Assembly: GCA_050950825.1 (NCBI GenBank)
Contig: JBMNIH010000004.1
Span: 192,001-256,000, forward strand
DNA length: 64,000 bases
Source of the DNA: Clostridia bacterium
GTDB taxonomy: Bacteria > Bacillota > Clostridia > JAAYHZ01
Direction: 5' to 3'
Positions 27,023 through 36,886 of this stretch are shown here, piece by piece; position 1 is the stretch's first letter, and each line of letters starts with the position of its first letter. The notes below the pieces were generated by a model. That model worked only from the letters and a program-made list of their open reading frames with translations, made no database searches and was not told where the DNA came from. The position numbers and the translations under genes were made by a program.

Positions 27023-28798
27023 CATAGAGTAAAGTTACTGTAGGGATTGAGGAATAAAATACCAGCTATAATTGAAAAGAAGATGACATCCTGTTAAGAT
27101 ATATTTAATAAACCTAAAACAAATATTCTTAAGAAAGGATGTCATCTATGTACAATAGTATAAACCATTTTATCGAATTTGGGGTAAAAAATATTGAAAA
27201 AAGGGTTAAAGATTTTGTAAGTAACGGTGGAGACTTGGCAGACTTGATCCTGAATTTAAAAGAAGATGTGTTTGAACTTATTAGAAATATCTTACAAGAA
27301 GTAATTGAAGATATGGATGATCTATTGAGAAACAATGAAGAGAGAAAAAAGTACCGGGAAATTATCAGAAAAGACGAAAACAAGATTTTAACGATTTTCG
27401 GAGAGGTTAGATATAGCAGGACATATTTTAAGCTGAAAAATGGAGGTAAACGAGAATACTTGGTCGATAAGATTATAGGAATAGAACCGCATGATAGAGT
27501 AAGTGCAGATGTCGTTATTAATGTAATAGAAGAAGCCGTTGAAAGCAGTTACAGGAAAGCGGGAGAAATGGCCACATACCTTGATGAAATCAGCAAACAA
27601 GCGGTAATGAAGAAAATACATAATCCGGAGATCATCGAGCCCGAAATAAAGGTGGAAAAAAAGAAGAAGTTGAAAACATTGTACGTCGAGGCGGATGAGG
27701 ATTATGTATCTTTACAAACCAAGTGTGTATCAAAAGAAAAGAAAGGCACAAAAAAGAAAGTCACACCGAAACTTGTTTATGTGCATGAGGGAATTGATAC
27801 GGAAAAAAGCAGCAAAAACAGAAATGTATTAAAGAATGTCCGCTATTTCGGAGAAATATGTGAAAACACGGATGATCTTTGGATTAAAGTGGCGGACTAC
27901 ATAGACGAACAGTACGATGTCGAATGCTTGGAAACCATATACTTATCGGGTGACGGAGCTTCATGGATTAAGAATGGTCTGAATTGGCTGCCAAAGAGTA
28001 AGTTTGTGTTGGATAACTTCCATCTAAAAAAATACATTAAACAAGCAACGGCTCATTTGGATGACGGAACGATACGGCAAGAACTGGAGGAAGCGATAAA
28101 CCATGCCGATAAAAACAAAGTGAAGGAGACATTTGAAAAAATAATTGAATTGACAAGCAATGATAGCAAACTGGAAACCATAAAAGGTGCAAAGCGATAT
28201 ATATTAAATAATTGGGACGGGATAAAAATAAAAAAAGACAAGGGGGCTGAAATTGTCGGCTGTAGTGCGGAAGGTCATATAAGTCATGTATATTCCGATC
28301 GTTTGAGTACACGCCCCGGAGGATGGTCTAAAATCGGTGTAGAAAAGATGTCGAAGTTATTGATCTATACAAAGAACGGCGGAAGGGTATATGACTTGGT
28401 TATGGCACAAAAGCGAAGAAAAGCAGCGGTCAAAAAACGAGAAGAACAAGAAATACTGATAAAAGAATTAAGGAGATTATCAAGCGGTTATGAGAATGTA
28501 TGGAACAGTAAACTAACGGTTCTTGCGAAAGGGCATAAAACCGGTTTATACAATGAATTGAAATGGTTAAGAGGCTTGTGTGGATAAGATTGTAGGGAAA
28601 ACCCGACTTCTTACAAAAGGTGATGTTGATGTGATATAATTGGGTAGACAACAACCACGAATACGTGAAGAGTCTGCTCCATCCGGCAGATTATATGAGG
28701 GATTCTTGCTATTAGCAGCATTCCCATAGTAGTGTTGCTCTAACAAAAATTCAGGATGTCATCTATTCATTTTTTCCCTACAGTAAGTTGACACTATC
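27023..28798 (+). mobile_element. ISLre2-family insertion sequence
   Basis: IRs CATAGAGTAAAGTTACTGTAGGGA / TCCCTACAGTAAGTTGACACTATC; 8-bp direct repeat AAACAAAA at 27015-27022 and 28799-28806. Confidence 0.9.
27148..28587 (+). CDS. ISLre2-family (UPF0236) transposase
   Basis: TIFGEVRYSRTYF, YVEADED, GDGASWIK, LDNFHL and GCSAEGHISH motifs. Confidence 0.92.
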   Translation: MYNSINHFIEFGVKNIEKRVKDFVSNGGDLADLILNLKEDVFELIRNILQEVIEDMDDLLRNNEERKKYREIIRKDENKILTIFGEVRYSRTYFKLKNGGKREYLVDKIIGIEPHDRVSADVVINVIEEAVESSYRKAGEMATYLDEISKQAVMKKIHNPEIIEPEIKVEKKKKLKTLYVEADEDYVSLQTKCVSKEKKGTKKKVTPKLVYVHEGIDTEKSSKNRNVLKNVRYFGEICENTDDLWIKVADYIDEQYDVECLETIYLSGDGASWIKNGLNWLPKSKFVLDNFHLKKYIKQATAHLDDGTIRQELEEAINHADKNKVKETFEKIIELTSNDSKLETIKGAKRYILNNWDGIKIKKDKGAEIVGCSAEGHISHVYSDRLSTRPGGWSKIGVEKMSKLLIYTKNGGRVYDLVMAQKRRKAAVKKREEQEILIKELRRLSSGYENVWNSKLTVLAKGHKTGLYNELKWLRGLCG

Positions 28799-28814
28799 AA
28801 ACAAAAAATCTCTA

Positions 28815-28843
28815 TTGACTATAATGTGTATGGATGTTAGAAT
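28815..28843 (+). promoter_or_regulatory. SigA promoter for SBP copy 2
   Basis: TTGACT-17-TAGAAT with an extended -10 TG. Confidence 0.7.
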
Positions 28844-29031
28844 AAGGTAAGTGTGTGATATAAATGTCCAATATGTAAATAGTATTATTTGATGACGGGA
28901 ATTAATATATTAAATAAATACAGTAATTTATAGAGAAAAAAATAGAGAGAGAATTTTAATAAACAGGAATTCACATTTGCAATGCAAATGTCAGTTCAAA
29001 ACTAAATATTATATAATAAGGAGGAACTATT

Positions 29032-30969
29032 ATGTCGAAGAACATAATACGTCTGCTGAGCGTGTTCGTATTAATTGGTGTGATGTTCTCGATGATTGCA
29101 TGCTCCAGCTCAACCGAAACCCCGGATGTGACGACCACAACCGCAGCTGCAACCACGACAACAAAAGCCGCTGTTACGACTACGGCAGGGCAAACGACGA
29201 CAGCTGCTGCGACAACTACCCAAGCTGTAGAAACAAATCCCTTTGCCGAATTCTTTGAAATCACGTGGATCGCTACGATTACAACGGATTACGTCGAAGG
29301 TGGATTTGACGAAAAGATGTTAGAAGAAAGATATAACATCGACTTGCAACCTTGGGCTATCAGTACGTACGATCCGGAAGGAATCGCCATGATGTTGGCG
29401 GCAGGTGATATGCCTGATATCAGCCACTTGGACCACTCTCCCTTAGCGCCCCCCGCGTTGTACGAACAAGGTCTTACTCGTCTGGTTAACATCGAAATGT
29501 ACAAGAAATATTTCCCCTACTATTATGAATTGATGTTGCAGAACGAACCGACTTCGATTATTCATAACAACTGCAGAAACGAAGACGGCAGCTTGTCCGA
29601 TAACTTCTTTGGAGTCTCCTATGTTGTAGACAACAAATGGTATTATAACGTTCCCTTGGCTCGTTACGACTGGTTGGAAAACATCGGATTCAGCATCGAC
29701 GAAAGCTTGCTGACCCCGATTCAGTTGACCGACGAAAAACTGGGTAAATACAGCGGACAAGTGTACATAACCAGTTATATTTGGAGCTTCGAAGATATGA
29801 ACGAAATCTTCAGAGCTTTCACCGAAGACGACCCGGACGGAAACGGTGAAGACGATACCTACGGCGGTGTCATATTTGACCACAGCTTCCGTTCTCACTG
29901 GACGGATCTTTGGTGGGGACAATTCGGTGTCGTTTCCTCCGACGGAAACTTCCTGTATGAAGACTCCGTCACGGGTGACATCGTTCCTTGGTACGCTTTT
30001 GTAGGATACAGAGACTACATGAAGTGGGTTGTTGACATGAGAGACAAAGGATATCTGAGAACCCTGCCGGAAGGATTCCAGAGCTTGGCGCCGCAAGGTT
30101 CTTGGTATGACAACCTGTTGGCGAACTGGATGACCGGTAAGATCGGATACTTCTTCTGCGACAGACAATACATCTGCAGACCGGACTTCCCCGAATACTC
30201 CGACAGACAACCGCCGCAGAGCATCTGGCTCAATGCAGGCGACGAATCGGCGACCTTCGTAACATGGCCGGTATTAGGAAACGCTTACGGTTGGGAACCG
30301 AACAACAAGTGGGGAACGAGAAGATACAATATGGACGCTTTCGGTTCGGGTACCTTCAGAACCTGGTTGGTAGGAAAACAAGTTTCCGATGAAAAGCTCG
30401 CTCGCGTTTTGACCATGTGGAACGACGCGAACTCTTCTCCTATCGACGATCCTTACTGGTCGGTTGTACGTTTCGGTATTGAAGGCGTTCACTACAAGTG
30501 GACAGGCGAACCTTGGAACTCCAGCCGAATCACCACCGAAGCGACCAAGATTCCTCCGCACTACAGAAGCTACGGCGGATTCATCGGAATATTCAGCTCC
30601 GGCGGACCGAACTTAATCGGTAACGAAGCTATGTCTCAATACACAAAGATCCTGTACAGCGAAGAATGGTACAAATACTACTGTATCGAACCGATCAAGT
30701 ACTGGAGCTCCGCATATGTTCCCGACGATATGATGAAGGAATTCAATGATTACTGGGCTACAATCAGTGCCGATATCAACAATATCATTGCCGACTTCCG
30801 CAATCGTTCTTGGAACGGACAGATCGCCAACTACGAAACCGAATGGGAACAATACATCAACCGCTTGTATGATGCAGGTCTTGACAAGCTTGTTTCGGAC
30901 TTCTACAACAACGACAAATTTGCATACTACAAGACTCCCGATTTGAACATCATTTGGCCGACAAATTAA
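29032..30969 (+). CDS. Extracellular solute-binding lipoprotein, paralogue 2
   Basis: Same length (645 aa) as and near-identical to 24989-26926. Confidence 0.85.
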   Translation: MSKNIIRLLSVFVLIGVMFSMIACSSSTETPDVTTTTAAATTTTKAAVTTTAGQTTTAAATTTQAVETNPFAEFFEITWIATITTDYVEGGFDEKMLEERYNIDLQPWAISTYDPEGIAMMLAAGDMPDISHLDHSPLAPPALYEQGLTRLVNIEMYKKYFPYYYELMLQNEPTSIIHNNCRNEDGSLSDNFFGVSYVVDNKWYYNVPLARYDWLENIGFSIDESLLTPIQLTDEKLGKYSGQVYITSYIWSFEDMNEIFRAFTEDDPDGNGEDDTYGGVIFDHSFRSHWTDLWWGQFGVVSSDGNFLYEDSVTGDIVPWYAFVGYRDYMKWVVDMRDKGYLRTLPEGFQSLAPQGSWYDNLLANWMTGKIGYFFCDRQYICRPDFPEYSDRQPPQSIWLNAGDESATFVTWPVLGNAYGWEPNNKWGTRRYNMDAFGSGTFRTWLVGKQVSDEKLARVLTMWNDANSSPIDDPYWSVVRFGIEGVHYKWTGEPWNSSRITTEATKIPPHYRSYGGFIGIFSSGGPNLIGNEAMSQYTKILYSEEWYKYYCIEPIKYWSSAYVPDDMMKEFNDYWATISADINNIIADFRNRSWNGQIANYETEWEQYINRLYDAGLDKLVSDFYNNDKFAYYKTPDLNIIWPTN

Positions 30970-31016
30970 CGATTAAATACGAAATTAAATTTGACGCTTA
31001 GATACATTCAATATAT

Positions 31017-31054
31017 AACCGTACCGGAAGCTTTCCGCAGTACGGTTCTTTTTT
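31017..31054 (+). terminator. Intrinsic terminator
   Basis: AACCGTAC..GTACGGTTCTTTTTT. Confidence 0.8.
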
Positions 31055-31127
31055 GCTCTTTTATCGAAGGCTTTTTTCCGGTATCATGGGCTTATACGAA
31101 TGAAAAATAACAAAAGGAGGTATGATC

Positions 31128-31352
31128 ATGCCTGACTATTCTTTGATTTGCACGGAGTGTGAAGAAAAATTTTCGTTTTTCGGAACTTGGAAAGAACGCC
31201 AAAAGGTCGTTTGCCCGAAATGCGGGTCTTCAAAAATCGAGCAAGTGTTTTCCGCGGAAGGCAGGGTAGGGCTACGACAAATTCATAAAACGAAAGAACA
31301 AAGCTGTCCCATGTCCCAAGGCGGGGGATGTGCCGGATGTAAATTTCGATAA
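31128..31352 (+). CDS. FmdB-family zinc-ribbon protein
   Basis: MPDYSLICTEC..VCPKCGS..CAGC; AAAGGAGG RBS. Confidence 0.85.
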   Translation: MPDYSLICTECEEKFSFFGTWKERQKVVCPKCGSSKIEQVFSAEGRVGLRQIHKTKEQSCPMSQGGGCAGCKFR

Positions 31353-31451
31353 AGACAAAGCAAGAGCATGGACCGATTTTCCTTCTCTTGAATTTTTCGC
31401 TTCCTTCTTATATACTTTACATTTAGTATTGTAAAGATAGGAGGCAACGGT

Positions 31452-33272
31452 ATGGAAAAAACAGAAGAAGTTCATGCTTTAAAGGCAATTGTAAAAGACA
31501 ATATATTATTAACCGACGGTGCCATGGGAACCTATTATGCCGTGCAGCATAACGGGTATCCCATGTCGGAATTTGAAAATATCGAGCATCCGGAAATAAT
31601 AAGAGGGATTCATCTTGCTTACGTGGAAGCAGGAGCAAAATTATTACGTACCAACACATTTGCCGCGAATTGCAAAACGTTAAATACCCAAGCCGACGAG
31701 CTTATAAAAATCATCAAAGCCGGCTACCGAATCGCCCGAGAAGCGGCGGCGGATCGAGACGTTTTTGTTGCCGCGGACATCGGCCCTATCCCCGAGAACA
31801 CGGATCCTGCACCGGGGCCGGGGAATGAAAAAAACAGATTCGACGAATATATCGAAATAATCGACGCCTTTTTGGAAGAAGGAGCGCGGATTTTCTGGTT
31901 TGAAACCTTTGGAAAACCCGACGATATTGAATTTTGTGCCGAGTACATCAAAAAGGCTTGTCCCGTCTCATTTATAAACGCCCAATTTGCATTTGACAGT
32001 ACGGGATACACTCGAGAAGGAGTTTCTCTTTCCACTATCCGTACCAAAATGGCTGAAAACCCCCGTATTGATGCGTGGGGCTTCAATTGTGCCATGGGAC
32101 CCGTACATATGCTTTCTTTAATCGAAGGATTGCCCGTAGAAAAAAACTTTATCTTATCGGCACTTCCCAACACCGGCTATCCCGTGATCAAAAACCAAAG
32201 AACGGTGTATCCTTTGAATCCGGAATACTTTGCCGACCGGGTGATGAAGATCGTGGAAGCCGGAGCGAAGATAGTAGGCGGCTGCTGCGGCACCACTCCG
32301 GAACATATAAAGGCCATATCCAAGCGTTTGTACGAAGCGAAATACAAGGTCAGTACAGCGGTAAAAGAAAAAAAAGAAGTCGTGGATACCGTTCCTTATT
32401 CGGCGAATTCTTTTAAAGAAAAGCTGGATAGAGGAGAAAAAGTGATCATGGTGGAATTGGACCCGCCTTTTACATCGGACACCGCTTCCATGCTGCAGTC
32501 GGCGGAATACATCAAGGATTTGGCCGATGCCATTACGGTAGCCGATTCTCCTTTAGGAAAGGTCCGAGCGGATTCTTTGATGGTGGCCTCTCGTATCAAA
32601 AGAAGAACGGGTATCGACGTTGTGCCTCATTTGTGCTGCCGGGACAAAAATATTGTAGGATTAAAATCCGGCATTTTGGGAGCCCACGGGGAAGGCATTC
32701 GGAATATATTGGTCATAACCGGAGACCCTTTGCCGGGAAATGAAAGAGCCGGTGCGAAAAGCGTTTTCAATTTGAACTCAAAGGGTCTGATTTCGTTAAT
32801 CAATGAAATGAATAACGAGCTTTTTGCAAATTCCGAAATCTATATCGGTGCCGCCATCAATCCTAACGTACCGAACTTTGATGCCCAGCTTCGAAAAACC
32901 GAGGAAAAAACGAAGGCCGGGGCACGCTTCTTTTTGTCCCAGCCGGTATATTCCGATGAAGCGGCGGAAAATTTGCTCCGCGCCAAAAAAGAATTGAAAG
33001 TGAAAATCATCGCCGGCATATTGCCCATTGTAAGCTACAACAATGCCGTGTTTTTAAACAACGAAGTTCCGGGAATCGTGGTACCGGAAGAATATATTCG
33101 TCGGTTCTACCAAGGCATGGACCGGGATGAAGCCTATAAGGTCGGCGTGGAGATTGCTTTGGAGTGTATCCGAAGAACCGAAGGACTGGACGGCGTTTAC
33201 TTTATGCCGCCCTTTAACCGTGTTACCATGATAGCCGAAATCATTCGAAAAATGAAAGCATCGAAACGTTAA
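31452..33272 (+). CDS. yitJ: Bifunctional homocysteine S-methyltransferase / methylenetetrahydrofolate reductase
   Basis: DGAMGT, GFNC and GGCCGTTPEHI, then VELDPP, HLCCRDKN and FLSQP (MTHFR). Confidence 0.9.
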   Translation: MEKTEEVHALKAIVKDNILLTDGAMGTYYAVQHNGYPMSEFENIEHPEIIRGIHLAYVEAGAKLLRTNTFAANCKTLNTQADELIKIIKAGYRIAREAAADRDVFVAADIGPIPENTDPAPGPGNEKNRFDEYIEIIDAFLEEGARIFWFETFGKPDDIEFCAEYIKKACPVSFINAQFAFDSTGYTREGVSLSTIRTKMAENPRIDAWGFNCAMGPVHMLSLIEGLPVEKNFILSALPNTGYPVIKNQRTVYPLNPEYFADRVMKIVEAGAKIVGGCCGTTPEHIKAISKRLYEAKYKVSTAVKEKKEVVDTVPYSANSFKEKLDRGEKVIMVELDPPFTSDTASMLQSAEYIKDLADAITVADSPLGKVRADSLMVASRIKRRTGIDVVPHLCCRDKNIVGLKSGILGAHGEGIRNILVITGDPLPGNERAGAKSVFNLNSKGLISLINEMNNELFANSEIYIGAAINPNVPNFDAQLRKTEEKTKAGARFFLSQPVYSDEAAENLLRAKKELKVKIIAGILPIVSYNNAVFLNNEVPGIVVPEEYIRRFYQGMDRDEAYKVGVEIALECIRRTEGLDGVYFMPPFNRVTMIAEIIRKMKASKR

Positions 33273-33338
33273 TGAAAAGGAGGAAAACAGGGCTTAAAAC
33301 CGCAATTTTTTCTCGAGGTTTTACCCTTTTGGCTTTTT

Positions 33339-35753
33339 ATGAATAAAAACGATTTGGATAACCTGCTGCGAAGCCGCCCGATCTTGCTGGACGGGGGATA
33401 CGGATTTCGATTCGCCGAAAAAGGAATGCCGGATAACGCTTGTCCGGAGGATTGGGCTTTAAAGCATCCCGAAATTTTAAAAGAAATCTACCGAGAATAC
33501 ATCGAAGCCGGGTCGGATATCATCTATACCTTTACATTAGGGGCCAACGAGTCCAAGCTATCCGATTACGGTCTAAAGCAAAAAGCTTTTGAGTTGAACT
33601 ACGGCCCGGCAAGGCTTGCGAAGGAAGCGGCTGAGGGACGCGTTTTGATAGCGGGCGATATCGGACCTACCGGAGCGGGAATTAAACCCTTAGGGTCTTT
33701 GAACTTTGAAGAAGCGGTCGATATTTACAAAAGACAGGTAAATGCGCTCTTGGAAGGGGGCGTGGATCTTTTTGTCATAGAAACCATGATCGATATCCAA
33801 GAAGCCCGTGCCGCCGCCCTTGCCATTAAGGAGACGTGCGACCTTCCTTTTATCGCTTCCGTCACTTTCGAGAAGAACGGACGCACCGTAGGGGGGACTT
33901 CTCCGGAAGCGGCCATGATCATCATGCAAAGCCTCGGTGCAAGTGCCGTAGGAACCAATTGCGGAGCAGGTCCGGATTCTCTTCTTGAAATCGTGAAGAA
34001 GATGAAACAAGTAGCGAAGGTGCCGGTGATTGCCAAGCCTAACGGGGGAATTCCTCGCTCGGTAAACGGAAAGACCCGGTACGATACGGATCCTGAAAGC
34101 TTTGTAAAAGGCTTTAAGCCTCTCCTTGATGCAGGGGCGTCGGTGGTCGGAGGCTGCTGCGGAACCGACGGGAAGTTCATCCGAGGATTAAAGGGCTTGC
34201 TAAAGGATGCGTCCTTTGAAAAACCGGCCTTTCATGGTGGCTGCTTGGCTTCCGGAACCGATGCTTTTATTTTTGATGGAAACGATACCGGGCTTATTAT
34301 CGGCGAAAGAATCAATCCCACCGGGAAAAAGAAGCTTCAAGAGGAATTGGCGTCCGGCCGTTTCGATCTGCTGATGGAATTAGCAAGAATACAGGAGAAT
34401 GCCGGAGCTCAAGTTTTGGACGTCAATGTAGCGGTGCCCGGATGCAACGAAGCCGATATTATGACAAAGGCCGTGGAGAAGTTGTCATGGGATATAAAAG
34501 TGCCGTTGTGCTTGGACTCCGCCGACCCGAAGGTTTTTGAGAAGGCTTTGCGGATATATCCCGGAAGAGCTCTGGTCAATTCGGTGTCTCTTGACGGAGA
34601 AAAAACGGATGCTGTTTTATCTGTGGTGAAAAAGTACGGTTCCATGACGATTTTGCTGCCGTTAAGCGGTGCCAGATTACCGAAGAGCATAGAAGAAAAG
34701 CACGAGAATATCCGGAAACTGGTGAAAAGAGCAAAAGAATACGGATTGTCGGAGGAAGACTTCATGGCGGATGCATTGACCATGAGCGTTGCATCCGTTC
34801 CGAAGGCCGCCTTGGATGTTTTGGATACCGTATCCTATTGCAAAGAAAAAGGATGGTTTTCCATAAGCGGGCTGTCGAATATTTCTTTCGGTATGCCGGA
34901 AAGAAAAACAATCAACGCTACCATGATGGCTATGGCCATCCAAAGAGGTCTGAATTTTGCCATCTCCGATCCTACCTGCGACCGAACGATGAACGCGGTT
35001 TATGCCGCCAAGCTTTTAACGAACAAAGATCCGAACGGAGCGGAATACATTAAGAACGTAAGAAAAATAAACGACGATAACACCCCTCGGCAGCAGACTA
35101 CGGAAGATAGGGAAACGACGGAAAAAGAAAAAGATACTCTTTACAACTGTGTTTTAAAAGGCCGATTTGAATCCGTCATCGAAGAGGTACAAAAAGGATT
35201 GGAAAAAGGGTGGACACCGGAGTTTATCGTGGAAGAAAGGCTGGTTCCGGCCATACAAGAAGTAGGGGAGCTGTATGAGAAAAACGTATACTATTTACCC
35301 CAATTGATCGCTTCTTCCAATGCCATGAAAAAAGCGGTAGACTATTTGGAGCCTTTTTTAAGAAAGGAATCGAAGGAAGGCAAAAAACCGGTATGCATTA
35401 TGGCAACGGTAAAAGGAGACATCCACGATATCGGTAAAAATATAGTGGCCTTAATGCTTTCGAATAACGGATTTCACGTTATCGACCTGGGAAAAGACGT
35501 AGACTCGGGAAAAATCATCGATGCCGCTTTGAAGCATAAAGCGGATATTATCGGTTTATCGGCTCTGATGACCGTTACCATGCAAAACATGAAGGAAGTC
35601 ATCGAACTGAAAAATAAAGTCTGTCCTTTAGTAAAAGTGATGGTAGGCGGAGCCTGCGTAACCCCGGAATACGCGCAAGCTATCGGAGCGGACGGCTATG
35701 CGGAGAATGCCGCCCAAGCGGTAAAGGCCGCGAAAGAGTTATTGAAGAAATAA
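33339..35753 (+). CDS. metH: B12-dependent methionine synthase lacking the reactivation domain
   Basis: Hcy domain GGCCGT, pterin domain IGERINPTGKK, B12 motif GDIHDIGKNIV. Confidence 0.9.
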   Translation: MNKNDLDNLLRSRPILLDGGYGFRFAEKGMPDNACPEDWALKHPEILKEIYREYIEAGSDIIYTFTLGANESKLSDYGLKQKAFELNYGPARLAKEAAEGRVLIAGDIGPTGAGIKPLGSLNFEEAVDIYKRQVNALLEGGVDLFVIETMIDIQEARAAALAIKETCDLPFIASVTFEKNGRTVGGTSPEAAMIIMQSLGASAVGTNCGAGPDSLLEIVKKMKQVAKVPVIAKPNGGIPRSVNGKTRYDTDPESFVKGFKPLLDAGASVVGGCCGTDGKFIRGLKGLLKDASFEKPAFHGGCLASGTDAFIFDGNDTGLIIGERINPTGKKKLQEELASGRFDLLMELARIQENAGAQVLDVNVAVPGCNEADIMTKAVEKLSWDIKVPLCLDSADPKVFEKALRIYPGRALVNSVSLDGEKTDAVLSVVKKYGSMTILLPLSGARLPKSIEEKHENIRKLVKRAKEYGLSEEDFMADALTMSVASVPKAALDVLDTVSYCKEKGWFSISGLSNISFGMPERKTINATMMAMAIQRGLNFAISDPTCDRTMNAVYAAKLLTNKDPNGAEYIKNVRKINDDNTPRQQTTEDRETTEKEKDTLYNCVLKGRFESVIEEVQKGLEKGWTPEFIVEERLVPAIQEVGELYEKNVYYLPQLIASSNAMKKAVDYLEPFLRKESKEGKKPVCIMATVKGDIHDIGKNIVALMLSNNGFHVIDLGKDVDSGKIIDAALKHKADIIGLSALMTVTMQNMKEVIELKNKVCPLVKVMVGGACVTPEYAQAIGADGYAENAAQAVKAAKELLKK

Positions 35754-35850
35754 AAATTTGTGACCGGGGATTAGAAGCCGTTCATTCGGCAGCCGTCTTT
35801 TACGGTTAAACGACACCGACGAGGGAAAAACCGAGTATCCGATCAAAGGG

Positions 35851-36726
35851 CTATCGATCAAGAAGATTTTTCTTCCGATACGCGGAAGGAGAATCTTCTT
35901 TGTATTTTCGAAATGCTCTCGAAAAGTAGTTGGCATCGTTAAAACCGGTGGATAGAGCGATATCCGTAATGCTCATATCCGAATTCAGCAATAGCTCCTC
36001 GGCTTTTGCGATTCGATACAAGGTAATGTATTCTCCCGGCGATTTCCCGATGGCCTTTTTAAATTCGTGGCAGAAATGGTATACGCTAAAGCCGCATTGC
36101 TCCGCAAGAACCTCCAACGTCAGCTTATCGGTGTATCGATTCTCGATATAGATTAACGCGTTTTTCAGCTTGTCAAACATTTTCTGCCGATGATTGCATT
36201 CCTCCGGAGTCAATATATTCTCGATGTGTCTTCGCAATAAGGCCGTCAGCAAATGGTATGTGGATCCTTTCACCGCAAGCTCGTAGCCCGGTTTTCCGGA
36301 TTCAAATTCCGTTATGATGTTTTCGATGCAATTCACCACTTCGCGGTCGTTTTGGATTTTGTTTTCGAATCGGTAAAGGTTGCGGACAATGGGCTCAATG
36401 TATTTGATTTCGCATATATCGATGACGTTTCCTTTTAAAAGCTCGGTACTCATATCGATGCAGTAGTAGACGACTTCGTTGTCAATACTTTCGCCTCTGT
36501 GAAGCTCGTTTGCATTGATTACCACAACATCTCCGGACCGAACCTTAATACTTTCCGTTCCGCATTCTATGATAGCGGTACCCTTTGTGAAATATAAAAT
36601 TTCCAGCACTTCATGCCAGTGGCTGTTGAAAATGCTGCCTGCATAATGGAAATTCTTCAATGAAACTTGAATGGGAAAGTGTTGATCCTTTATGTACGCT
36701 TTTTCATATAACGAGGGCTCTTGCAT
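35851..36726 (-). CDS. AraC-family regulator
   Basis: Cupin HWHEVLEI; HTH IALSTGFNDANYFSRAF. Confidence 0.92.
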   Translation of the reverse strand: MQEPSLYEKAYIKDQHFPIQVSLKNFHYAGSIFNSHWHEVLEILYFTKGTAIIECGTESIKVRSGDVVVINANELHRGESIDNEVVYYCIDMSTELLKGNVIDICEIKYIEPIVRNLYRFENKIQNDREVVNCIENIITEFESGKPGYELAVKGSTYHLLTALLRRHIENILTPEECNHRQKMFDKLKNALIYIENRYTDKLTLEVLAEQCGFSVYHFCHEFKKAIGKSPGEYITLYRIAKAEELLLNSDMSITDIALSTGFNDANYFSRAFRKYKEDSPSAYRKKNLLDR

Positions 36727-36886
36727 TCTTTTTTATCCTTTCAAATTCATTATACAGCAAGATTGTGCTAACATTCAACAATTACATTAATGTATATTAT
36801 GGATTTTGTCAATATAATAAGGTAAGGGAAAGTATTATTGATAATACTATGTCCTATGACATATGATTGACGAAAGGGGTATGTTT

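Noticed and set aside
25400-30210. 255-aa antisense ORFs inside both SBP genes
   Set aside because: Shadow frames from codon bias; no RBS or recognisable domain
24989-30969. Diversity-generating retroelement or CRISPR-like repeat system
   Set aside because: No reverse transcriptase in the window, differences are not adenine-specific, and I saw no repeat-spacer array
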